Origin: Utricularia gibba
Taxonomy: Eukaryota > Plantae > Magnoliophyta
Length of the DNA stretch: 20,372 nucleotides
Direction: 5' to 3'
NCBI GenBank assembly: GCA_002189035.1
Contig: NEEC01000233.1
Location: 1 to 20,372, forward strand
Shown here: positions 1-8,816 of the stretch, piece by piece
How the letters are laid out: every line of letters starts with the position of its first letter
How positions within the stretch are numbered: the first letter of the stretch is position 1
Notes under the pieces: generated by a model
Told to the model about the DNA's origin: nothing
The model's input: only the letters and a program-made list of their open reading frames with translations
Databases searched by the model: none
Made by a program: the position numbers and the translations under genes

Positions 1-2
1 AT

Positions 3-267
3 GAAATAGGGAACCCAACCTAACCATGGAATTCAGCCCAGCCCAAATAGTGGATGCAGCCCGACCAGATGCTAAAATACGGTCAGTCCGAGAACCAGTT
101 AAGCCCGGTCCACAATAGAGGCCGGTCCAGATACTAACGCGGCCTCAGCCCAAGAAATAGGCAACCCAACCCAACCATGGATTCAGCTCAGCCCACATAG
201 TGGATGCAGCCCGCCCAGATTCCAAAATACGGCTCAGATCGGTCACTCAATTAAGCCTGGTCGACAA
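3..267. repeat. Direct repeat, two ~113-bp copies (3-115 and 154-267), period ~151 bp
   Basis: gaaataggSaacccaaccYaaccatgga...tggatgcagcccg.ccagat.c.aaaatacgg occurs at 3-82 and 154-232 with 8 differences in 80 bp. A weaker tail matches at 97-115 and 249-267. The window starts just before copy 1, so more copies may lie upstream. Confidence 0.9.
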
Positions 268-604
268 ACTGGATACAGCTACCCACACTCTATTGCAGGC
301 TCAGTCCAGACAGTATAACTGTCACAGCTTATATTTATAACTGTCCCTGTCCAAATTCTTGCCCAGCCCAGACCTTATTACATGCCCACATCCTCTTGCG
401 GGCCCAGCCGACACCATAATTATGGCCCAGCCCGCAACCGTTTTCTGGATCAGCCATATTCTAATTCTGACCCAAATTAAATCAATAATGGACCCATACC
501 GCATCCTCTAACTGACCCAGCCCACACCCTAATTCTTTTCTTAATTGCGAAATATGGGCTTGTTTCCAAATTTGGGATTTCTCTTGCCTTGAAAACTATA
601 TATA
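35..604 (+). promoter_or_regulatory. Site II (TCP-type RGCCCA/TGGGCY) cluster plus TATA box
   Basis: Nine site II hexamers start at 35, 40, 147, 190, 365, 401, 424, 519 and 555, followed by TATATATA at 597-604. This is typical architecture of plant growth/housekeeping Pol II promoters. Activity is inferred only. Confidence 0.55.
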
Positions 605-1247
605 GAGCCGAATATGCGCAGCGTTTCTCAGTTTGTGAATGTAGGTTTAGAGAATTTTAGTCTAGGGCATTTTGCTTTTGTAGGATCTGTAGAGTTTTTT
701 TCTTGAGAAAGGGTATCGGGATAGCGATCAGGTTGGTTTCGTCTCTCCGTTATGATTTCTTTTCTTTTCAATGCTGTTCTTTCCTTTCGATAATCGTGTA
801 GTTCATTTCGTTCTTGTATTCATTTGATTTTGGTTCGTTCTCGTTTTTTTTCCTTTCTTCGTTTTGTTTTTGTGTTATGTTTCCCCTACGCCTTTCGGTG
901 TGTGGTTTTATTTCTTGATGTTTTATCTTTTGTTTGTCCCAATTCTTGTGTTGGATTTCTGTTTCGTGACGTTTTTTGTTGTCGTCAATGTTTTGAAAAT
1001 CGAACAGATTAATCAATCTTCTAGTTTCTCTTGCTTTATTTCTGAAATAGCTTGAATGATTTGAGTTTTGCAGTTTTCGATGTCTAGGATTCGATTTCTT
1101 TTTCATACTTCTGGAATGAATTCAAAATGTGTTGCTTGTTTTTGCAAATGATTCATCAATTTCCCGGTCTAATTATTCTTCTTCCTCTTGGTTCCATCTC
1201 CAGGAAAGGCGCCATCGTCGTTGCGATTACCACGCTCCTCCATTCAT

Positions 1248-1460
1248 CAAAAAAGAGGCCAAAAAAAAGGAAAAAAAAAATAGGCCAAAAAAAGAGGCTA
1301 AAAAAAAAAAAAAAGCCCAAAAAAAGAAAAAGAGGCCCAACAAAATAAAAAAGAGGCCAAAAAAGAAAAAAAGAGCCCAACAAAAGGACAAAGAGGCCCA
1401 ACAAAAGAAAAAAAGACTCCAGAAAAAAAAGAGCCAGAAAAAATAGTCTAAAAAAAAACA
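1248..1460. repeat. A-rich degenerate minisatellite, A(n)-GAGGCC(C)/AGCCC units
   Basis: Poly-A tracts are interrupted about ten times by gaggcc/taggcc/gagccc/gactcc/gagcc-like words. This accounts for the spurious Lys-rich and Phe-rich ORFs in the track. Confidence 0.85.
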
Positions 1461-1509
1461 AATATTGCCAGCCTTCCCCGCGATCGAATCCGATCGCTAT
1501 TTATAAAAA
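1314..1509 (+). promoter_or_regulatory. Second site II cluster plus TATA box
   Basis: AGCCCA at 1314 and 1374, GGCCCA at 1334 and 1395, TATAAAA at 1503-1509, directly upstream of the structured repeat array. Confidence 0.45.
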
Positions 1510-1510
1510 A

Positions 1511-2540
1511 AGGGGGATTTTCATCGCAGCAGGTATCACTCTCGTGATCGATAATGTCTGCAAGGCTTGGCAGCCATCCTCTATCATCTATCGCAACGCT
1601 GGCTTGCCTACCCATTTAGGTAATTTATTGTGTAAGCTATTATGGTATACGGCTCCTTGTAGGATAAGTTACTTGTTGTGAGTGGGGTTAAGTAATCAGC
1701 TAGGATTGTTGTAGTGTAGATTAGAATACAAAGTTTTTAACTCCGCCTGTGCTAAACAGCACAGCCAGTCCCAAGCCTGGGTTAAGGAGGAGGGAGAACT
1801 TGTCTTATCTAAGAGGGTGTAATTTGTTGTCTTGTATTTTGATGATTTGGGTAGGCATCTTCTACTCTGATGCTACTAGGTCATATCTTGTGTCTGGTAG
1901 CAATCCCTGTTTTGTGCTTTCAGTATTCTATTTGAAATCAGAAGGCATTATGTTGTGTCCATGACTGTTGGTTTTAGGGTGGGGCTGAGTTCTTAGACTG
2001 GGATTGCTTTAGAGTAGATTAGAATACACGGTTTTTAACTCTTCCCATGCAAGTAGCAGCCTGCCCCATGCCTGGATTAAGTAGGAGTGAGACTTTAACA
2101 TATCTAGGAGGATTGAAATTGTCATCTCGTATTTCGCCAATTCCAGCATTCATAGTGTTGACGGTTTTTCTACACCTACATTATCTTGCTCTTGGTAGCC
2201 ATCCATCCCTGTATTGTGTTTGCAGTAGTCTCTTTGAAACTAAAAAGGCAGCATGCTTTCTCTGCATGCACTGCTCTCTTGTTTCATGGTTTTGCTACAT
2301 GCTTTTCAGAATGCATACCGTTCTGGGGCGAGTGTTTTCTCTGCATTTCTCCACTTCTATTGCTCTCCTGTGTCAACCAAACTGGCACAGTGCCTGCGCA
2401 GACTCAAAGAGTAGCTAGTTACGGATATCAAGAGGGTTGTGTTAGTGAACTGACTCACAAGGGTGCAGGCAATGCATCTAACCCGGTCTCTTCAAACTCG
2501 TGAACTGCTTGGGGCATGCAGAGACAGATCCATCCAGTCC
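1511..2540 (+). ncRNA. Candidate structured non-coding RNA cluster of unknown class
   Basis: No credible ORF. Repeat units fold manually into long stems with multibranched tops and follow a site II + TATA block. Transcription, strand and class are inferred. Confidence 0.35.
1683..2250. repeat. Degenerate tandem duplication, period ~295-298 bp (units ~1683-1950 and ~1979-2250), with more diverged partial units on both sides
   Basis: gtagattagaataca is identical at 1716-1730 and 2014-2028, within a 41-nt block (1703-1743 vs 2001-2041) with 36/41 identity. Other shared words: tatcta(a/g)gagg at 1806 and 2101, YtggYagcMatcc at 1567, 1894 and 2192, and tttgaaa....aaggca at 1931 and 2233. Confidence 0.85.
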
Positions 2541-3098
2541 AGGTTTTAGCTCTAAAGACCGGTTTTCAGCCATTTTACAAGTTAAGTGAGCTCAGTTCTT
2601 GTTTCGGATTTCTTCAATTCAAGACGACGGAGTCGGCCTTTGTGTTTGTAGTTGTTTGTAGCTTCTTTATGGATCAAGGAGGGGGAGACATGAACAGGCT
2701 TCTGGTGAGCAGCAGGGAAGCGCCGCTGAATGTATTCCTTGCTTGCTGCTTGCTGCTTGCTACGCTGATATTGTTCCATTTTGATTGCAAATTAAAAGTA
2801 ATTATAGTAAAAGGAGACGTGTCCCAGGCTACTCGACGCCGTTTCTGGAAGTAGTTAATTAATGAAGATCCAATTAAAAAGAGTACTTAATGAGGAAATT
2901 AGTATATTTAAACGGCGTCGTATAGAGGAAACATGGATGGATACGCGAATTTTGTTTATAATTTCAGGTTAGAGTTCTCACTCTTCCGTCGTGCTGCACT
3001 GTGACCGCCTTCGCGCGGTGAGGATTCTCTGGTTAAAGGTTCCGCCTTTCATCTTCGAGTGGAGGTGTAGGTGATCGGGATCGGGGAGAATTGGCGGA

Positions 3099-6000
3099 AT
3101 GCTGAAGGCGAATGGGGGCGCCGGATTGCCCACGGGTCGTTGCAGATCCACCACGCTCGCTAAAGTCGCGGGGTTTCTGCTCATCTCACTGGTTTTCTTC
3201 TATTTAGGGAAACGTTTTTCTGATGGATCATCACAGCAGCTCCTTTTCTACGCATCGCAACAGAACCCACAGCCCAAAAACTCTGCTTTTGTCGGTCTGT
3301 CCCCGAATCTGAACAAGACATTTGATATCACTCGCCTTATAAACGCTACTGCGCCGCCCCCGCGATAGTGAATACTCGGAATGAGGCAAAAGAAGTTGCT
3401 GCTCTTCCTCCGCCACCACCATCACCGCCACCGTCTTTGGAAAGAATGGGTGTGGTTGATGAGGATGGAAGGATGACGGATGATTTCCAGGTTGGTGATT
3501 ACGACCCAGAGCTGGTGGAAAGTTGGTCGAAAACGAATGAGAGCGAGGATGCAGGAATTGATGGAAAGGGGAGAATGTGAGGATTAAGATCAAGAAGCTT
3601 CCGCTGTGTCCTGAGAGTATGAGAGAGTATATACCATGTTTGGACAATATCGAGGCGATCAAGAAGCTGCATGATACTGAAAAAGGGGAAAAATTTGAGA
3701 GGCATTGTCCCGAAGAAGGAAAAGGCCTGAATTGTTTGGTTCCTCCCCCTAAGGGTTACAGAACACCTATACCATGGCCGAGAAGCCGCGATGAGGTGCA
3801 GTCACAATGGCATCTTGATCATTTTTCGATCTCTTCATTTATTCATTACAATTATATGTAGATGGCACATTTATCATCAGTTTCGAGGTGTTCGAATGTG
3901 ATTTAAGCTTGTTGATAGTTGTCGACCATTTTGATTAATTTTTTTGTCATTGGCAGGTTTGGTTAGCAATGTTCCTCACGCCCGTTTGGTTGAGGATAAA
4001 GGTGGTCAAAATTGGATCACTATTAGTAAAGATAAGTTCAGGTTTCCTGGAGGAGGGACACAGTTCATACATGGGGCTGTTGAGTACCTGGATCAAATTG
4101 AAAAAGTATTGTTTTGTTCTTAGTTTCCATAGGAGCTATAGTACTTTCTCCAAAATCCATGTTTCCTTCGGAAATTTATGCTTTTACCCGTGTTCTTCAG
4201 ATGGTGCCAGAAATTGCATTTGGTCGCCATACTCGAGTTGTGTTGGATGTCGGGTGTGGTGTAGCTAGTTTTGGTGCTTATTTGTTATCACGCAATGTCC
4301 TTACACTCTCTGTGGCGCCAAAAGATGTTCATGAGAACCAGATCCAGTTTGCCCTTGAACGTGGTGTTCCTGCAATGGTTGCAGCATTTGTTTCACGGCG
4401 ATTACTTTACCCTAGTCAAGCATTTGATCTTATTCACTGCTCAAGATGTAGAATCAATTGGACCAGAGATGGTATGGTTATATTGTATGTAATTCTATTA
4501 CTTGAAAGCTTGTCTGCTGCCTATGTTAATGTAAGAGCACCTGTTAGTTTAGTTGAAATTTTGTTGCTTTATGTGGAATATCATAAGGAACTAGATCTTG
4601 CAAGCTTCTTTGTTGATTTTTTTTTTTTCAGCAGCCTTATTTTTGCATAGCTTAAAGGCCATTGTGAATTTCTGTCATTGAAATTTGTCTTCTTTTTTAA
4701 AAATGAAACTTCAAACCAAATCCTGAGAATTTTATCGTTCATGGCTTCCATTGCTCAGAACGAATTCAGTGTCCGCCTGGACTTTATGTTATATGTATCC
4801 CATTTAAACTAATACAGGCACTTTTTTCTCTCCTCCTGTTCGTTAGATGGGATTTTGCTACTTGAAGTCAACAGGATGCTTAGGGCAGGAGGGTATTTTG
4901 CTTGGGCTGCACAGCCAGTTTATAAGCATGAACCAGCACTTGAACAACAATGGGAAGGTAGCCCTTGAGATGATTTTATTCTCAAAGCCTCATTCAATTT
5001 GTGAAATGCATTTCTAGTATTGAAGAGACTCATTATTTCTTCTGCCTGGTCTCCACCTTTTTTTTTTGGAAATACTTCTGGGTGGCTGCATGAGAATGCA
5101 ATTTTCATACTGCTGTAATCGAGAGATATATATTAATGCATGCACTCATCTACTGCAGAAATGGTTAATCTCACTAGTCGAATGTGTTGGACCCTCGTGA
5201 AGAAAGATGGTTACATAGCCATATGGCAAAAGCCATCGAATAATAGCTGCTATCTTAGTCGTGCTGAAGGAACTCATCCGCCCCTCTGTGAGCCTGATGA
5301 TGATCCTGATAATGTTTGGTACGCAGCTATTTTAATCATAACCTGTGTTGTCAGATTCAAGAGAATAGTTCCTAAGTACTGAATTTCATTTCCATGTTCT
5401 CCTTTGTTTGAATTTTGTTAGGTATGTTGATCTCAAAGCATGCATAAGCCGTCTGCAGGAGAATGGATATGGCTCTAATGTTAGTCCCTGGCCAGAACGG
5501 TTGCAAAATCCTCCAGATAGGCTACAGAGCATACAGTTTGATGCATATATGTCAAGGAAAGAACTATTCAAGGCAGAATCTAAATACTGGAAGGAAATAA
5601 TTGAGGGCTATGTACGTGCACTTCACTGGGGCCAATATAAGATGAGAAATGTATTGGACATGAAAGCTGGATTTGGGGGTACATTACCTCCTGCCTTTTA
5701 TCTACTGTGCCTTTTTTTAAGAGCCTAGACAGTTGAACTTATTCATATTTCTTATGGTTCTTATCATTCTCTGGCAGATTTGCATCAGCTCTTATCGAAA
5801 ACAAGCTGAATTGCTGGGTGATGAATGTTGTCCCCGTTAGTGGAACCAATACATTGCCTGTTATTTATGATCGTGGTCTCATTGGAGTTATGCACGACTG
5901 GTATGAATTGTAACATGGCTTCCCTTACGTAATTTTATTCCTGGTTTGCTCAATGAATGGTTGGTTTCTGGTTACTGCATCAATGAGTTTCAGGTGTGAA

Positions 6001-6591
6001 CCATTTGACACATACCCAAGAACCTATGACCTGATTCATGCTGCTGGACTTTTCTCCATTGAGCATAAACGGTATCGTCTTGCCTCTTCATTTAACTCAC
6101 TATTCATCTGGCATGTTTACCTGTTTGCCAATTGACTATTAGGAGCGTTAGAATCTTAGAAGGAAAAAAAAAAGGAGGCATTGCTTGTGCTTTTCAATGT
6201 CTCTTTTGCTTGTGTCCTGTTTATGTCGCCGATCAATAGATTATTTCACTTTCAATCACCAGAAATACAGCATGTTTTTAAGCAGAGAAAGACATCAGCT
6301 CGGTGATTAACTTTTCTGTCATCGTTGCAGTGGTGCATATGAGCTTTCTGTAGACATTTATGCATACCCTTTTTCTGGCTTAGGTGCAATATGTCCAGCA
6401 TCATGCTTGAAATGGACAGAATCCTGCGACCGGGTGGCCGTGTATACATCCGTGACTCGCTCGCCTTAATGGATGAGCTTCAAGAGATCGGTGTCGCCCT
6501 TGGATGGCATGTCTCTTTGAGGGACACATCTGAAGGGCCTCACGCGAACTACAGGATCTTATCATGCGACAAACGCCTCATACGAGCATGA
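3099..6591 (+). CDS. PMT11: Probable SAM-dependent methyltransferase PMT11-like (Golgi type II membrane, putative pectin methyltransferase family); 9 exons with four -1 frameshifts as assembled
   Basis: Exons 3099-3795, 3957-4105, 4201-4471, 4847-4957, 5159-5318, 5422-5678, 5778-5900, 5994-6071 and 6384-6591, all introns GT-AG. Features: N-terminal TM anchor ([12 protein letters not shown]), Pro-rich stem, [61 protein letters not shown]-terminus DKRLIRA. Restoring one base at each of four homopolymers gives 685 aa. Confidence 0.93.
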
Positions 6592-7325
6592 GGCCAACCA
6601 GCCATCTGTGTATCTTCTTCATCTACATGCTCTGCAAATCAGAAAATCGTGTGGTTTAGATCAGGTGAATGTACAGTCGGGGAGCAATGAGTGGAAGCAG
6701 TAACATCTTCTTCTCAGAGAGAAGACTAACAGAGAAGTTTGAGTTCACGTACACCCGCCTTCAGACCTCGTTCCAGTTTCATTCATTCATTCATGTTGTT
6801 TCAAGTGCCTGCAATGTATTGTGCATTGGGGTTTAGGAATTGTACTGGCTTCTTGCCGATATGATCGTATCCATTGTCGTCGGAGTTCCCGATTCATTCC
6901 CATCGTCTTCTTTGTTTGTCATCATCGACTACCCTTTTCTTCAACCATCATGCCCGTAGATCATTTCCCTGTTTCATGCTCTTAGTGATTACAGCGGACT
7001 ACTTCTCAAGGAGTATGATCGATGAGATGGGCTTCTGATCTATTCAGTTCCCTGCTGCACATTCTGCAAATCCCATTTTCTTGCAGGAAGCTGAATCTGG
7101 TATGCATCTACTTGCTGTTGATCGGAATTCTGTGCAAAAGCTTCATTGGGATCCCTCGCGCTTCTTAAGGTAGAATCCCCTGTTCTTGATTTATGTACAC
7201 ACTTCAGGAAAAAGTGATCGGATTTAGGGTTCCGGTGAATGGGTGGAAGTGTTTGCTGTTGAAAGATGAGAACTTTGAATGATTAGGGCTGGAAATGGTA
7301 CTCGCGTTCTTCTCCGTCTCTTTCC

Positions 7326-8768
7326 ATGGCGGTTTTCAGATCCATTCCTGGTCTCTGCAAGAAGCTTATGGTGAGAAATATTTGCAGCGGCGGATTCAGA
7401 ATCACCTCAAATAGTTGTCTCCAGCATCGTTGCAAGTCGACGGCGCGTGTCAAGCACATCCGGGTTCCTATCCCCTTCATTGACCAACTGAAACAGTGCC
7501 GAAATCCCGATGAATATCTTGCTCTCTTCCGGGATTTCAATGAAATGGGCTACAAGCATCAGTACCCATGCTTCGCTTCTTTGGTGTACAAGCTTGCTCG
7601 CGCCCGGAGATTCGATGAAGTGGAAGCCGTCCTGGATTTCCTCAAAACTCACGACATTAGATGCAAAGAAGCTCTGTTTATCGGACTGATTCGTCACTAT
7701 GGAAAGGCAGATATGATCGACAAGGCCATGGAAGTTTTTCTCGAGATGGGAAGATCGTGGAACTGCGTCCGCACGCGTCACTCCTTCAACACGATTTTGA
7801 ATATGTTGGTTGACGGAGGGCGCGCTGCCGATGCTGCAGAGCTGTTTGAAAAAGCTCCGACGTTGGGATTCAGACCGAACTCGGTGTCATACAACGTCAT
7901 GATGAAAATGTGGTTGCAGAAGGGCGAGTTGCAGAACGCCATGAAGATGTTCGATGAAATGCTCGAGAGAAACATTCAGCCTACTGTGGTAACATACAAT
8001 TGTCTGATAGCGTTTTACTGCACAAGGGGCGACATAGAGCAGGCGAACAAGGTGTTGCATGATCTGAGGAAGAAGGGGAAGTGCGGCAATGCAGTAAGCT
8101 ACGCCTTGCTGATGGAAGCCTTATGCGCTTCAGGGAAGTTCACAGAAGCCAGGAAACTGATGTTCGACATGGAATACCATGGCTGCAAAGCAGAGCTCGT
8201 GAACTATGGAGTGCTAATGACAGCCCTCACCAAAAAAGGCTCAATCAGCGAAGCCAAAGATCTCCTCCTTGAGATGAAAAGGAGGAGCATCAAACCAGAC
8301 GTTGTCATATACAACATCCTGATAGACTACTTCTGCAGAACAGACGGGAAAGCTTCAGAGGGATACAAAATGCTAGTAGACATGCAACTCAAGGGATGCG
8401 AGCCAAACGCAACCACATTCCGCACCGTGGCGGATGGCTTGTGCAGGGAGGAAGATTACATGGGAGCTCTGAGAGTTGTGAATGCCATGCTCTTAAGCAG
8501 AGCATTCCCCCGGATCGAAACGTTCCGGCGTCTTGTGATGGGGCTGGTCAAGAATGGGAAGCTGGAGGAGGCAGGGGTTATGTTGGAGGAGATGAACAGG
8601 AGGAAAATGAGCTTGGAATGGAGTTGCTGGGAGGCCCTGGTGCAGATGGCATGCAGGGACGATGAGGGTCATTCCAGTTTACATGTTTTAGGCCATGTGC
8701 TGATGCCATTCTCCTTGCATTTGAAGTGGGAGAAGAACCTAGTAAACTTGGACACTGTATCTGCATAG
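7326..8768 (+). CDS. P-class pentatricopeptide repeat protein, probably mitochondrial (resembles Arabidopsis At1g07740)
   Basis: Intronless 480-aa ORF with a basic Ser/Arg-rich N-terminus and tandem ~35-aa repeats (PNSVSYNVMMK, PTVVTYNCLI, PDVVIYNILID, PNATTFRTVADG). The At1g07740 resemblance is from memory. Confidence 0.95.
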   Translation: MAVFRSIPGLCKKLMVRNICSGGFRITSNSCLQHRCKSTARVKHIRVPIPFIDQLKQCRNPDEYLALFRDFNEMGYKHQYPCFASLVYKLARARRFDEVEAVLDFLKTHDIRCKEALFIGLIRHYGKADMIDKAMEVFLEMGRSWNCVRTRHSFNTILNMLVDGGRAADAAELFEKAPTLGFRPNSVSYNVMMKMWLQKGELQNAMKMFDEMLERNIQPTVVTYNCLIAFYCTRGDIEQANKVLHDLRKKGKCGNAVSYALLMEALCASGKFTEARKLMFDMEYHGCKAELVNYGVLMTALTKKGSISEAKDLLLEMKRRSIKPDVVIYNILIDYFCRTDGKASEGYKMLVDMQLKGCEPNATTFRTVADGLCREEDYMGALRVVNAMLLSRAFPRIETFRRLVMGLVKNGKLEEAGVMLEEMNRRKMSLEWSCWEALVQMACRDDEGHSSLHVLGHVLMPFSLHLKWEKNLVNLDTVSA

Positions 8769-8808
8769 GCTCTGAATTTTTTTATTAATCATTATCAATT
8801 GTGGGTCC

Positions 8809-8816
8809 CACGTGGC
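8809..8816 (+). promoter_or_regulatory. G-box/ABRE motif CACGTGGC
   Basis: Exact motif in a short GC-rich patch just after the PPR stop. Function and target gene are unknown. Confidence 0.25.

Noticed and set aside
1200-1230. ggcgcc as an LTR-retrotransposon primer-binding site
   Set aside because: Lacks the TGG start and the preceding LTR-terminal CA, and no tRNA 3' complement is recognisable.
768-1461. ORFs 768-1106 (-), 1129-1446 (+), 1127-1348 (+) and 1156-1461 (-), rich in Lys/Asn or Phe/Leu
   Set aside because: Low-complexity by-products of T-rich and A-rich DNA, with no domain or splice support.
2184-2205. Resemblance of TCTTGCTCTTGGTAGCCATCCA to miR828
   Set aside because: Only 14 of 22 positions match, the centre differs completely, and it lies on the 3' arm.
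1683-2250. Box C/D or H/ACA snoRNA identity for the repeat units
   Set aside because: TGATGA (1840) is absent from unit B and the next CTGA is only ~20 nt away. The H-like AGATTA is shared, but a terminal ACA appears only in unit B (2098).
1749-2418. Similar peptides from ORFs 1749-1964 and 2047-2418 as tandem small proteins
   Set aside because: Similarity follows from the DNA repeat. One starts at GTG, similarity fades through indels, and the changes preserve base pairs rather than codons.
1511-2540. Hammerhead ribozyme/retrozyme, SRP RNA, telomerase RNA, U6 or CRISPR-like array
   Set aside because: No CUGANGA/GAAA core, SRP helix-8 motif, telomere template, Pol III USE or short identical repeats with unique spacers. 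Internal T-runs argue against Pol III. U6-like words (agattag, cctgcgca) are too short to count.
3099-6591. Calling the PMT gene a pseudogene
   Set aside because: All lesions are -1 homopolymer deletions, while splice sites and motifs are intact and there are no nonsense substitutions.
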